Counted from the stretch's first letter, positions 9,674 through 20,153 are shown. The stretch: 64,000 bases of DNA from a virus (IMGVR_UViG_3300037067_010449:6143-70142), one strand, 5' to 3'. Program-made: numbers and translations. Notes: generated by a model not told the origin, from the sequence alone.

Positions 9674-10420
9674 TGTTGTTAGAGCGTACTTACTGTTGAT
9701 TGCTGCTATTAAAACGCGAGCTGAAAGAGATAATGAATTAAAAAGTTTTAATTCCTTTTGGGTCGATTCTAAGTTTGGACGTAAGTTTTTACGTACTGTG
9801 ATAGATTATCTCCCTTGTATGCAGGTTATCGAGAGGGATAAGGAAAAAAATAAAGTTTGGGTGTTGATGGAAGAGAGGTTAAAGAACAAATGTTGACTGT
9901 TAGGTTATCTTGGTATGTCGTGTTTAAACAGTCTGATAAATCGTCAAGAGGTGTTATTCGGAGTGGTATTTGTAGGTTTTTAAGTAAGCTCAATAAATTA
10001 GGAGTTAGGTTGATTGTAATGGCGCCTGCTAAAGCGTTGTCGAATAGGCTGAATGCTTTGTGTAGCTGTCTTAAAGCGAACAAAATAAGTTTTTGCAGCG
10101 TGTCTTTTTATAATCCTTATTTTTATTTGCTTGAAAGTAGAAGAACAAAATATCAGATCATTAATGAATTTAATGTTTCTGTAGTTGATTTTTATACGCG
10201 GTATTTTGGTTTTTTATTCTTTCTTAAATTCAAAATTAACAAATGGGTAAAGGTTAGGTTAGAAAAATGACAGTGTATTATGATAAATTTGGAAAGCGTA
10301 TATCCGCAGATAAGGTAAGATGTTTGGCTATTTCTCAGTTGGATGGGTCTAAAGAAGACATTAAAATAAAGAAAGAATTAATTTCGAATTTAGATAATCA
10401 AACGTTAGTTGAGCAAATAG

Positions 10421-11422
10421 GTGGGTCGTTTAACGTATTTAAAAAAGAGGAGAAAAAATAAAATGGTTGTTGGCTTAATTGGTTACGGGAAGATGGGGAA
10501 AATTCACCTTAAGACTTTGGAGTCTTTGAAGAAAGAAGGTTTGATCGATAAGATAAGAGTCTATGACGTTATGTGGGAGTACGCCAATTTAGTCGATGTC
10601 CCGAACGAAGTAGGGTTGAAAGCGTGGGTAGATTTTGATCTGTTTGTTGAAGGTTTGGATAAGGTCATCGTTGCATCACCCACAGATACGCATTTAAAAT
10701 ATGTGAAGTTATTTAGATATTATAATATTCCTGTTTTGTGTGAGAAGCCGTTTATTTATTTGGTTGATGGAGTTGACTCCGTCGATGACAGTTTAGGAAT
10801 ATCGGAATTTGTGACAGACGATTTTTTGGTTAATTCTTTAATGGTCGGTTATGTTGAACGGTTTAATAAAGTTATTAATGTGCTTTACGATAAGTTAGTA
10901 CACGCCACAGTATGTGATAAAGACGTTGTTTTGAACGTGGATGTTTTACGGGTCAATTCGGTGGTTAAAGAAGATTTGAGAGCGGACAACATAGTTCACG
11001 ATTTAGGTGTACACGACATTGATATTTTGAATCAGCTTTTTTCTAAAGTGGAGGTTGTAGACGGGGTGGGTGTAATTGATGATGGAAAGTTAGTTCATGT
11101 TAATGGTCGTTTAACGTTAGACGGGTCTATCCCTTGTAATTTATTCTTATCCTGGGTGGCGGCAGAAAAGAAGAGGGAGATAACAGTTATGTTGGAGAAG
11201 TCGGTCATTAAAGCAGACTTAATAAACCAAACTGTTGTTGTGTGGAATAGGGTGACAGGCAGACAAGAAAGTACGTCTGTTAAGATGGAGCCTATTTACG
11301 CACAGGATAAGGAATTTATTTTAAATAGGGGTTCGGTTAAGTTTAGAGACCCCTACGGTCTACATACGCAGTGGTTAGCTTGGGATTTGAATAACAAATT
11401 AAGAATAACGAGGAGAAAATAA
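10421..11422 (+). CDS. Gfo/Idh/MocA NAD-dependent oxidoreductase (WbpB/WlbA-like); likely start ATG 10463
   Basis: GLIGYGKMG, CEKP, GYVERFN, DLGVHDID. Confidence 0.88.
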   Translation: MGRLTYLKKRRKNKMVVGLIGYGKMGKIHLKTLESLKKEGLIDKIRVYDVMWEYANLVDVPNEVGLKAWVDFDLFVEGLDKVIVASPTDTHLKYVKLFRYYNIPVLCEKPFIYLVDGVDSVDDSLGISEFVTDDFLVNSLMVGYVERFNKVINVLYDKLVHATVCDKDVVLNVDVLRVNSVVKEDLRADNIVHDLGVHDIDILNQLFSKVEVVDGVGVIDDGKLVHVNGRLTLDGSIPCNLFLSWVAAEKKREITVMLEKSVIKADLINQTVVVWNRVTGRQESTSVKMEPIYAQDKEFILNRGSVKFRDPYGLHTQWLAWDLNNKLRITRRK

Positions 11423-11423
11423 A

Positions 11424-12644
11424 ATGCGAGAGATATCTTTTACCGGTTTGAAACAGCAATATAAAGAACACAGAGGAGAATATAATAAAATATTTGATCA
11501 GGTGTTAGAGAACACTGATTTTATAGGGGCGTACAACAATCAGAGTATTTGTAAGACAGAACGTGCTATTTCAGATTTTATTTCGTCGCGTGGGAGTGGA
11601 GATAAGTTAGACATCTGTTTGTGTAATTCAGGAACCACGTCTCTTTATGTTTTGTTGATGGCTTTAGGGGTAGGAAAGGGAGACGAGGTAATTTTACCAG
11701 ATTTTAATTTTATAGCTGCATTAGAGGCTGTTTTATTGCTAGGAGCTAATCCGGTGATGGTTGACGTTTCACCTTTTAGTTTTATGTTGGATTTAGAAAA
11801 AGCGGCGGACGCTGTGACAGTCAAGACTAAAGCGGTTATTTATACTGACATATTTGGTAGGGTGTTTGACCCGTCACAAATTGATTGGTTTAGGAGTGAG
11901 ATAGAAAAGAAAAATACAAGCGTGTTTCTTGTTGAAGACGCAGCACAGTCGTTCGGTGCGTATTATAGAAATAAAATTGGGCATGTTAAAGTTGCAGGAA
12001 CTTATGGGGACGCAGCTATAACTTCTTTTTATCCAGTTAAGCCACTAGGAACAGCCGGAGAAGGTGGTGCGGTTATGTCTCACGATAAAAAACTAATTGA
12101 GAAAGTAAGGTTTATAATTAATCATGGCGCAGCTTCAAAGTATAATCATCAAGTGTTAGGTTTTAATGGCCGTCTGGATGTTTTGAAATCGGAAATTTTA
12201 AGGTGGAATTTACAAAATGTGTTTGTAAATGATTTTGATAAGCGAGAAGCGGTCGCTAGATTGTACGATAAATTGTTATCTAATTATTTGGCGAGTGAAA
12301 GGTTTATGTTTATAGGTACGTGTAAGGTTCGGTCTGCTAATGCGCAGTATACTCTTGTGTTAGACGACGTGTTAAACCGGGATGCTTTTATCCGAGAATT
12401 GAGTCAGCGTTATGGCATCCCTTGTGCAGTACATTACCCTGCGTCTACGTTAGATGTTATGTTGGGCATTGTACCTCGTAATGAGATTGAGTATCTATCC
12501 ACTAAAGATAATGTAACGGATAAGTTGTGTAAGTCCGTTTTTTCTTTACCTATTCACGCTTATTTGACGGTTGAAGACGTTTTGTATATTTGTGATAGTG
12601 TGAATGAACTCTATAGAGAATTTAAAAATAAAAAGGGGTTGTGA
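11424..12644 (+). CDS. DegT/DnrJ/EryC1/StrS PLP aminotransferase (WbpE-like)
   Basis: NSGTT, EDAAQSFGA, SFYPVKPLG (PLP Lys), GEGG. Confidence 0.92.
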   Translation: MREISFTGLKQQYKEHRGEYNKIFDQVLENTDFIGAYNNQSICKTERAISDFISSRGSGDKLDICLCNSGTTSLYVLLMALGVGKGDEVILPDFNFIAALEAVLLLGANPVMVDVSPFSFMLDLEKAADAVTVKTKAVIYTDIFGRVFDPSQIDWFRSEIEKKNTSVFLVEDAAQSFGAYYRNKIGHVKVAGTYGDAAITSFYPVKPLGTAGEGGAVMSHDKKLIEKVRFIINHGAASKYNHQVLGFNGRLDVLKSEILRWNLQNVFVNDFDKREAVARLYDKLLSNYLASERFMFIGTCKVRSANAQYTLVLDDVLNRDAFIRELSQRYGIPCAVHYPASTLDVMLGIVPRNEIEYLSTKDNVTDKLCKSVFSLPIHAYLTVEDVLYICDSVNELYREFKNKKGL

Positions 12645-12649
12645 AATAA

Positions 12650-13156
12650 ATGGATAATTATGTTCCTAGTAGAAAAGTTATAATTGGTGACGGGGCAGTT
12701 ATAGGCTCTAATGTTAGAATATGGTATTTTACGCAGATAAGAGAGGGTGTAAAAATAGGAAACGATGTTTTGATTGGTAAAAGTGTATACGTAGATTCTG
12801 ACGTTGTAATTGGTAATTTTTGTAAGATTCAGAACAACGTTTCAATTTTTAAAGGGGTAAAAATAGGTAATGGCGTGTTTGTTGGCCCACACGTTTGTTT
12901 TACTAACGATATGTGGCCGAGAGCGATGGACGATGAAGAAAAAGGTTTAAGACTTGTATCTGATTGGGTATGTGTACCTACAGATGTTAGAGACGGCGTG
13001 TCGATTGGCGCAAACAGCACTATTCGTTGTGGTGTTACGTTAGGCGAAAGATGTATGATAGGTTGCGGTAGCGTTGTTCTTACCGATGTCCCAGCAGGCG
13101 AAGTGTGGGCGGGTAATCCGGCTAGGAAAATAGGTGTAATAAAGGAGAAAAAATAA
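12650..13156 (+). CDS. Hexapeptide-repeat N-acetyltransferase (WbpD-like)
   Basis: Left-handed beta-helix repeats, KIQNNVS, GPHVCFTND, WAGNPAR. Confidence 0.9.
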   Translation: MDNYVPSRKVIIGDGAVIGSNVRIWYFTQIREGVKIGNDVLIGKSVYVDSDVVIGNFCKIQNNVSIFKGVKIGNGVFVGPHVCFTNDMWPRAMDDEEKGLRLVSDWVCVPTDVRDGVSIGANSTIRCGVTLGERCMIGCGSVVLTDVPAGEVWAGNPARKIGVIKEKK

Positions 13157-13157
13157 A

Positions 13158-14549
13158 ATGAGGGAAGAAATTTTAGTTGTAGGTTTAGGTGTTATAGGGT
13201 TGCCGACAGCGTTGAGTTTTTTTGAAAGAGGTTATCCTGTAATAGCGTACGATAAAGATGTGGCGAAAGTGGCTGAGTTGTCTTTAGGGTTTTATAAGAG
13301 CCAGTGCCCTAAAGATATGTTAGGTGTGTACGAGAATTCTCTATGTGAATTTTCTTCTCTCCCCTACGTTAACCAAATAGAGATAAGTAAATTGAACGAT
13401 ATAACAGCGGTTATAGTTTGTGTTAACGCAGATTATAAAGAAGAAGCGAGGGGTTTTGATTTAAGTAACGTGTTTTCTACGTTTGAGAATGTTATTTTAC
13501 CTTTGTTAGACATTAGAAAAAATAAAGAAGGCCAAAAACCTTTATTGATTTCGATTGAGTCTACTTTACCTATAGGCGGAATGAAAAATCAGATTCTGTC
13601 CTTGTTGAAAGATTTTGAGGAAGTGGAGGATTACATACTAGTTTATGCGCCTGAAAGAATAACGTTAGAGAGACCTATGTATAATTTGCAGAATATGCCT
13701 AGAGTGTTAGGTTTATCTTTTTCTTTAGTGTGGGATAAAGAAGTTTTTGCGGGGATTGAAGATCGCGTCATTAATCTGTATAAGGGCAATTGTAGTTGGC
13801 AATGTAGTTTTGTTTCTTGGGAAACGGCGGAAATTGTTAAGCTTGCTGAGAATGCGCATCGGTATGTCAATATTGCGTTTGCTAATCAGATAGCGGAGAT
13901 TTGTGATATGCAAGATGTTAACTATAACGACGTTATGCGATGCGTTAATTCTTTGCCTAACGTAGAAGGAAATGAAAGAATAAATCCAGTGCGTAATTTG
14001 ATGTATGCAGGGGTAGGGGTAGGGGGTTATTGTTTGGAGAAGGATACACGTGCGCTTTCTAGTTTTTTTGAGTCGTCGGACGCTACGTGCAAGCAGTCTC
14101 TTTTAAGGGCGTCGTTGTATTTTAATGCGTGTAAGGTTCGTCAGTGTGTTGGTGAACGTGTCATTGATTGTTTGAACGGTTACAGGAATTTGGAAAAGGT
14201 GGTTCGTGTTTTGTTTCTTGGTGCGACAGGGATACCCAATACTGGGGATTCTAGAAATTCTTACACTTATGGTTTGATGCGGGATTTGAATTCTGTTTGT
14301 GTAATTAGCTCATTGAGAGTTACATTCGATTACTTTGACCCGTACATTAATCCAGCACAGGGGGATAAAACTAACTTGGAAGAGTTTGATGTAGCGATGA
14401 AAGGTGTTGATGTTTTAATTTTGTCTGTACCCCATAATATTTTTAAATGTTGGTTAGACCCTTCTTTTTATTACGAATTAGAGGGTAGACGTGTTTTAGA
14501 CTTGAATAAGTGGAAGGGAAAAGTTATTAGAGAAGAAGAAGGAAAATAA
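13158..14549 (+). CDS. UDP-GlcNAc/UDP-glucose 6-dehydrogenase family (WbpA-like)
   Basis: VVGLGVIG, IESTLP, YAPERI, KLAENAHRYVNIAFAN, GVGGYCLEKD. Confidence 0.9.
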   Translation: MREEILVVGLGVIGLPTALSFFERGYPVIAYDKDVAKVAELSLGFYKSQCPKDMLGVYENSLCEFSSLPYVNQIEISKLNDITAVIVCVNADYKEEARGFDLSNVFSTFENVILPLLDIRKNKEGQKPLLISIESTLPIGGMKNQILSLLKDFEEVEDYILVYAPERITLERPMYNLQNMPRVLGLSFSLVWDKEVFAGIEDRVINLYKGNCSWQCSFVSWETAEIVKLAENAHRYVNIAFANQIAEICDMQDVNYNDVMRCVNSLPNVEGNERINPVRNLMYAGVGVGGYCLEKDTRALSSFFESSDATCKQSLLRASLYFNACKVRQCVGERVIDCLNGYRNLEKVVRVLFLGATGIPNTGDSRNSYTYGLMRDLNSVCVISSLRVTFDYFDPYINPAQGDKTNLEEFDVAMKGVDVLILSVPHNIFKCWLDPSFYYELEGRRVLDLNKWKGKVIREEEGK

Positions 14550-14550
14550 A

Positions 14551-15147
14551 ATGCTTAAAGATGTAAAAATATTTTGTAAAGGAGCAGCTGAAATTGATCT
14601 TGACGAGTTGCAAGAATTTCAAGGTGCTTTAAAAGAGTTAACAGAAGAAAATTTTAATAAGCTCAAATCGGTTATTTTAAGACGTGGGATAAGAGCGCCG
14701 ATATTTGTTTGGGATAAAGAAGATGATTCTGTAAAGTTTATGTTAGACGGACATGCGCGGTTAAAGGTGTTAAAGTATTTGCGTATGTTGGGATACGTAA
14801 TCCCTAAGCTGCCTGTCTGTTATATTAATGCAGAGAACGAAAAAGAAGCAAAAGAAATTCTTTTAGAAATTGCATCGGATTACGGTAAGATGACTAAAGA
14901 AGGTCTTGACGATTATATTTTAAATGCTGGGATAGATAAAGAATTTATTATTGAGAGTACTTCGTTTACAGGGTTAAAGGTTGATTCGTTTGACGGGGAA
15001 GCGGTGTTTGTTGAAGAAGAAATTAAGCCGTATAACAAAGAACACATTTTACTTTCTTTTTCTCCCGACTTACTTACAGAGATGTACCCACACTTAGAAA
15101 AGATATTAGCTATAAAAGGAGTCGAAGTTGAACAGTCCGCAAATTAA
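14551..15147 (+). CDS. ParB/Srx-like N-terminal domain protein
   Basis: GIRAPIFVW...LDGHAR motif. Confidence 0.75.
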   Translation: MLKDVKIFCKGAAEIDLDELQEFQGALKELTEENFNKLKSVILRRGIRAPIFVWDKEDDSVKFMLDGHARLKVLKYLRMLGYVIPKLPVCYINAENEKEAKEILLEIASDYGKMTKEGLDDYILNAGIDKEFIIESTSFTGLKVDSFDGEAVFVEEEIKPYNKEHILLSFSPDLLTEMYPHLEKILAIKGVEVEQSAN

Positions 15148-15730
15148 AAATTATATTTCTCCTGAAAGTGCCGGTACAGATTTGACAGCGTTAGAGTTAA
15201 AGATAAAATTGAGACGTGATCACTTACCTGGCAAAGAAGTGATTAATGTGTTAGACGTTTTTCACGGGACAGGTAAAATTTGGAATTTTATAACGGACGT
15301 TGAGCTTAAAGAAAAAGGGAGAAAAATAAAAGTTCTTGGCATTGATAAGCGTAGTATTACCGGAGTAATTCAGCTTAAAGGGGACAACGTTAAATATTTA
15401 ATGAAAATGGATTTATCTAAGTTTGATGTTTTAGATGCGGATGCTTATGGTTCACCTGTTAAGATTTTAAGTACAGTATTTAAGAATGGTTCTTTTAAGG
15501 GCGTGGTGTTTTTTACACATATACAAACGCTTTTTGGAGCGTTACCTAAAGAAATGTTGGAAGGGTTAGGTTATACTCAAAAAATGACAAACAAAATTCC
15601 TTCTTTGTTTAATTCTAATGGGTTTGAGAAGTTTAAAAATTGGTTGTCTGTATTTGGGATAGACAGCGTTAGTTATTATAAACTAGAAGGGACTATGAAG
15701 TTTTATGGGGTTTTTAAGATAAAAAAATGA
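15128..15730 (+). CDS. Putative SAM-dependent methyltransferase-fold protein
   Basis: VLDVFHGTG, GIDK, LDADAYG resemble Rossmann MTase motifs. Confidence 0.5.
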   Translation: MNSPQIKNYISPESAGTDLTALELKIKLRRDHLPGKEVINVLDVFHGTGKIWNFITDVELKEKGRKIKVLGIDKRSITGVIQLKGDNVKYLMKMDLSKFDVLDADAYGSPVKILSTVFKNGSFKGVVFFTHIQTLFGALPKEMLEGLGYTQKMTNKIPSLFNSNGFEKFKNWLSVFGIDSVSYYKLEGTMKFYGVFKIKK

Positions 15731-15752
15731 CGTTTATTTTTCTATTTTTTAC

Positions 15753-15781
15753 TTGATTAATCTTAAAAATTGTATTATATT
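15753..15781 (+). promoter_or_regulatory. sigma70-type early-class promoter
   Basis: TTGATT-N17-TATATT; shares TGTATTATATTTGTATTA with the 63.1 kb promoter. Confidence 0.6.
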
Positions 15782-15811
15782 TGTATTAAGTTTATTTAAA
15801 AGCTTTATTTT

Positions 15812-16612
15812 TTGTTTGAAGGGAGTTTAATTATGGGATTGATTTATGAACCAAGAGGCCGTGCTAGAGAATATAGTCCGCTGGCTTTAAATCACTACAA
15901 GTCTTGTGATCACGGATGTCTTTATTGTTACGGGGTACGTTGCACTTTTAATAAGGAGTTTAATACAGACCCAGAAATAAAAATTGGTATTTTAGAACGC
16001 CTTGAAAAAGAGTTGAAAACTCACAAAGGAAAAAAAGATCAAGTTTTACTTTCCTTTATCGGCGATCCTTATTGTAATGCAGAATTAGAAAATAAAATCA
16101 CACCTACAGTTTTAAGTATGGTACACGAAGCCGGATTCCCGATTGCTATTCTGACTAAAGGAGGAGAAAGGGCTTTACGGGATTTGAGATTGTTTAAAGC
16201 GCTGGGGAACAAATTCAAATTTGGAACTACGTTAACTTTTATTGATAAAAATTTAACAGATGAATGGGAGCCGGGTGCGGCTACGTATCAACAACGTAAG
16301 AAAGCGATAATGAAAATAAAAGAAGCAGGAATAAAAACTTGGGCTAGCTTTGAGCCTGTAATTGACCCGGAACAGTCTTTACGTATTATGGTCGATGTAT
16401 CCCCGTTTGTTGATGAATTTAGAATTGGAAAAATAAATCAGTATAAAGGTTTAGACAAGAAAGTTGACTGGTCTAAATTTTTATCTTCTGCTTTACGCAT
16501 TTTACGGGCTGAGAAAAAACAGATTTATGTGAAGATTGATTTGCGGGAAGCTGCACCAGATATCCAGCTTAAAGAAAATGAAAAAAATTACGATTTATTT
16601 CTAGTTAAATAA
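15812..16612 (+). CDS. Radical SAM protein (SPL-like); likely start ATG 15833
   Basis: CDHGCLYC (CxxxCxxC), SFIGDPY, ILTKG, SFEPVI. Confidence 0.85.
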   Translation: MFEGSLIMGLIYEPRGRAREYSPLALNHYKSCDHGCLYCYGVRCTFNKEFNTDPEIKIGILERLEKELKTHKGKKDQVLLSFIGDPYCNAELENKITPTVLSMVHEAGFPIAILTKGGERALRDLRLFKALGNKFKFGTTLTFIDKNLTDEWEPGAATYQQRKKAIMKIKEAGIKTWASFEPVIDPEQSLRIMVDVSPFVDEFRIGKINQYKGLDKKVDWSKFLSSALRILRAEKKQIYVKIDLREAAPDIQLKENEKNYDLFLVK

Positions 16613-16627
16613 GGAGACGAGAATAGC

Positions 16628-16828
16628 TTGGTTAAAAAACTAAACTGGAAGAGAGTGTTAAAGTCTATTCGTTTGAAGATGCTAATGTCTCAGGAATCGT
16701 TTGCTAAATATCTTGGCGTTAGTGTATGTACGTTACGGGCATGGGAACAGGGGTTCAGAGTTCCTGGACTAAAGAATCAAGTTGTTTTAATGGGAAAATT
16801 GAAGAGGGAATTGAAGAATGAAATATAG
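16628..16828 (+). CDS. XRE-family HTH regulator
   Basis: MSQESFAKYLGVSVCTLRAWEQG. Confidence 0.85.
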   Translation: MVKKLNWKRVLKSIRLKMLMSQESFAKYLGVSVCTLRAWEQGFRVPGLKNQVVLMGKLKRELKNEI

Positions 16829-17495
16829 TACTTTGTATTACCGACCAGAAACAAACGATTTGCAAGTGTGGTCGGAGCGTAGGAATTATTTACCTTTGTT
16901 AGAAGGTGTGTCAAACTTAGACGGTGTGGTTTTAGATATTGGAGCACACACCGGTTCTTTTTCTATTTTGGCGGCTCAGTTAGGGTTCAAAGATATTCGA
17001 GCGTTTGAGCCAGAGCAGGAAAATTTTGATTTGTTAAGATTGAATGTTAAAGAGTCTAAGTTCAGTATTTTTTGTAGTCGGTATATGGTTTTGGGGGAGT
17101 ATTTAATATCTTCCGTAAATGTGGGGGAGGCAACACATAAAGAGTCTTTGTTTGTCGATGCCGGGTTTAATCGAGCTGCACATTCTGTGTATTCAAGTGT
17201 AACACGAAGAGAGGGACAGATTGTTAGGTGCGATTTATTTTATGAAGTTTTAAAGGATAGTTCCCCTACAGTAGTTAAAATTGATGTTGAAGGCGCTGAG
17301 AGTGCGTACGTGTTTTCTGCTGATTATTTGACGTCTGTTATCCGATTGGGGGTTGAGTTACATCCTGGACACACGAATGTGTTAAAGAAACATGAAGAAA
17401 TAGTTAGCGCTGGTTTTGAATTGATTACACCTATAGATTTTGATAAGTATAAAGGTAAGTGTGTGTTAGCCTTGTATAAGAGGATAGGAACTTGA
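16818..17495 (+). CDS. FkbM-family methyltransferase
   Basis: VLDIGAHTG, FEPE, KIDVEGAE. Confidence 0.85.
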   Translation: MKYSTLYYRPETNDLQVWSERRNYLPLLEGVSNLDGVVLDIGAHTGSFSILAAQLGFKDIRAFEPEQENFDLLRLNVKESKFSIFCSRYMVLGEYLISSVNVGEATHKESLFVDAGFNRAAHSVYSSVTRREGQIVRCDLFYEVLKDSSPTVVKIDVEGAESAYVFSADYLTSVIRLGVELHPGHTNVLKKHEEIVSAGFELITPIDFDKYKGKCVLALYKRIGT

Positions 17496-17521
17496 CTTTT
17501 TTTATTTTTTTGTGTTATACT
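17492..17521 (+). promoter_or_regulatory. sigma70-type promoter upstream of terminase
   Basis: TTGACT-N18-TATACT with TG extended -10. Confidence 0.65.
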
Positions 17522-17552
17522 TAACTCTGATATTTTTATTTGAGGAGCAAGT

Positions 17553-17954
17553 ATGGCGTTTACGAAAGGCGTGAGTGGGAATACACACGGTAGACCTAGA
17601 AAAGGTAAAGAAAAAAAAAGAGACGTGGTTGCTATTTTTGCAGCTATAATGCACAAGAAGGATGTGGCCGAGTATTTAGATAATTTGCCAACAGGGAAAA
17701 AGACAACAAGAGTAAAAGCTTTATTCGAAGTTGTTTGGTCTGAGGCGTTAAAGAAAAAGTCCTACAAACACCAAAAGTTATTAATGAATTTTATTTCTGA
17801 TTACGCTATTGGAAAACCCGCAACTATTGGAGAGACTAAAGATTTAATGTCTGACGAGAGGGATTTTGTTTTTGATAATATAGGTGTTGTTAGTCGTGAA
17901 GAGCTGGAAGCTGATTTGCAGAAGTACAGACCTAATTATGTTAAGTTGAATTGA
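17553..17954 (+). CDS. Terminase small subunit (DUF5681-like N-terminus)
   Basis: FTKGVSGNTHGRP motif; lies upstream of TerL. Confidence 0.7.
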   Translation: MAFTKGVSGNTHGRPRKGKEKKRDVVAIFAAIMHKKDVAEYLDNLPTGKKTTRVKALFEVVWSEALKKKSYKHQKLLMNFISDYAIGKPATIGETKDLMSDERDFVFDNIGVVSREELEADLQKYRPNYVKLN

Positions 17955-17991
17955 CGTTAGGGTTTGTCGTTAAAGAAAGGAGAATTTTTTA

Positions 17992-18354
17992 ATGTTGAAG
18001 TCGCCTGCTAATTTTATCTTTAAAATAGTTTTGTTTTTCATTTTACTTTTTTTATTGTCAGGTTTGTTAGTCGTTAAAGATTCAGGGATATTAGGCTCTA
18101 CTATGTCTGGTTTTGTGATTAATGTGTTTGACGTTGTTTTTATTTTGGTCTCTATGTTAGCGGGAATGAGTTTGTTTTGGTTAACGTATGTTCCTTCTGT
18201 GGACGTGTTGATATTTAGAATCGGGAATCCTATGATTGCGGCTTATGTGTTTATGTTGTTGCTGACAAAAATAAAATCAGAAAAGTGGGAGCCTGTTTTG
18301 GCAGAAGCGATTGATAATTATTTGAGTACGTTAAAGAAAGAAAAAAATAAATAG
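17992..18354 (+). CDS. Small membrane protein between TerS and TerL
   Basis: About three hydrophobic segments. Confidence 0.6.
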   Translation: MLKSPANFIFKIVLFFILLFLLSGLLVVKDSGILGSTMSGFVINVFDVVFILVSMLAGMSLFWLTYVPSVDVLIFRIGNPMIAAYVFMLLLTKIKSEKWEPVLAEAIDNYLSTLKKEKNK

Positions 18355-18363
18355 TGTCGGTGT

Positions 18364-20145
18364 TTGGTGAGTAAAAAAGATATTGATTTTCTATATGAGT
18401 ATTTAAAAAAGATAAAAGAAGATTACAATAGAGTAGAAAGTGAAGATTTAGGTTTAGATCATCGAGATTATTATGAGTCTTTAATTTACAGAACTGAATA
18501 TAAAATTGATAAGTTAGCTTGTTTTGAGTCTATGCGAAGCGTTATAGATTATTATGTCATTAATCCAGCTGCGTTTATCGAGTGTGAGTGTAAAATATTT
18601 AATCCTGAATTATTCCCGCCAGACGATAACCCCTTTTATCTTTATAAGTACCAGCGGGATTTTATAAATAATGATCTGTATCCTGCTTATTTAAATGGGC
18701 AATCCTTGTTAGATGAAAAAACAAGACAGATGGGCATGTCGTGGGTTTATTGCGCGTTTATGTTGTGGGGCTTGTTACATGACCCTGGGTTTTCAGGATT
18801 TGCACTTTCAAAGAAGGAAGCGTTAGTCGATGACGGGGGAGAGACTTCGACGCTTGATAGTTTGTTTGGTAAAATTAGGTATATGTACGGACATTTATCC
18901 AGCTCATATGTATTAGGCTACAAAGAAAAATATAGAAATAAATCTACAATTTTAAAATTTAAAAAACTTCGAATATGGAACCAGATGACTAATGCTTATT
19001 TAGTCGGTTCATCAGCTAACAGTGATGCCGGTAGAGGTGGGACGTATAAATTTGCTTTTTGGGATGAGACTGCCTCTACTCCAAAGAGCGAAACTATTTT
19101 TTCTGCTTTCAAGTTGGCTGGCAAATGTAAGTGCTATAATTCGACTGTTAGAGGGAGAGGTAATGTTTTTTCTCGTCTTCGTTGGAATAAAGATAGTGGA
19201 GTTAAGGTAGTTAATATTCATTGGACACAACACCCTAACAGAATAAAAAATAAAAAGTGGGATACAGAAACTGAAACGTGGGTATCGGATTGGTATCTGA
19301 ACGAGTGTAGGGATATGACACCGGAGCAGATAGCTCAGGAGTTAGACATTGATTATGATGTGTCGGTGTCAGGTAGAGTCTACACAGGTTTGAATGTTCG
19401 TACACACGTGACAGACGTTGTGTGGTGTGACGAATGGAAAGAGCGAACGATAATATCGTGGGACTTAGGCGTTAGTGATGAAACGTTTGCTACCATAATT
19501 CAAGTGGACAACCAAGGAAATTTTTTAATTGTTGATGAGTTATGTGGAACAGATAAAGAAATTAGATTTTATATTGACTTGATCATGGGGGTTCCACCTA
19601 AAGAATTTGAAAAGATGAATGTGAATGTCAGAGCGCCTTATGAAGCCTTTTTGAGAAGGTCAAGAGAACGTGAGTATCGTTATTTGTTAAATGTCGCAGG
19701 TGCCGATGTTGTAGCTAGGAGTATAAATTCTTTGAGGTCTGTTAAAGTACAGTTTACAACAGCGGGTAATTTTGCGAGAGATGACAATGGCGTTATTGTT
19801 AATAGGCGTTATGTGAATTTAAGAATGCACAATTTAACCGGATACAAAATACTTGATAGAATTGTAGAAGTGAAAAAAGCGATTGACCCAACACATAACA
19901 GAGTGTATTTTGCTAAAGAGTGCGTTCAGATTTGGGAACGCGCTATAAATTACAAATGGGCGCCTAATCCGTTAGGTGGGAATAATGAGACTCCCCTTCA
20001 CGATGAATTTTCACATGGCGCGGACTCTTTCGGGTATGGAATTTTGTATTTCACTAAAGAACTTAAAATAGGAATAAGACCTGGGAATAAAACAAAGAAT
20101 AAAGGACAGAGTGTTATAACAGGAAGAGGGATTGTAGATAAATAA
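18364..20145 (+). CDS. Terminase large subunit
   Basis: EKTRQMGMSW (Walker A variant), FWDE, SWDLG, HGADSFGY. Confidence 0.9.
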   Translation: MVSKKDIDFLYEYLKKIKEDYNRVESEDLGLDHRDYYESLIYRTEYKIDKLACFESMRSVIDYYVINPAAFIECECKIFNPELFPPDDNPFYLYKYQRDFINNDLYPAYLNGQSLLDEKTRQMGMSWVYCAFMLWGLLHDPGFSGFALSKKEALVDDGGETSTLDSLFGKIRYMYGHLSSSYVLGYKEKYRNKSTILKFKKLRIWNQMTNAYLVGSSANSDAGRGGTYKFAFWDETASTPKSETIFSAFKLAGKCKCYNSTVRGRGNVFSRLRWNKDSGVKVVNIHWTQHPNRIKNKKWDTETETWVSDWYLNECRDMTPEQIAQELDIDYDVSVSGRVYTGLNVRTHVTDVVWCDEWKERTIISWDLGVSDETFATIIQVDNQGNFLIVDELCGTDKEIRFYIDLIMGVPPKEFEKMNVNVRAPYEAFLRRSREREYRYLLNVAGADVVARSINSLRSVKVQFTTAGNFARDDNGVIVNRRYVNLRMHNLTGYKILDRIVEVKKAIDPTHNRVYFAKECVQIWERAINYKWAPNPLGGNNETPLHDEFSHGADSFGYGILYFTKELKIGIRPGNKTKNKGQSVITGRGIVDK

Positions 20146-20153
20146 AAAAGGAC

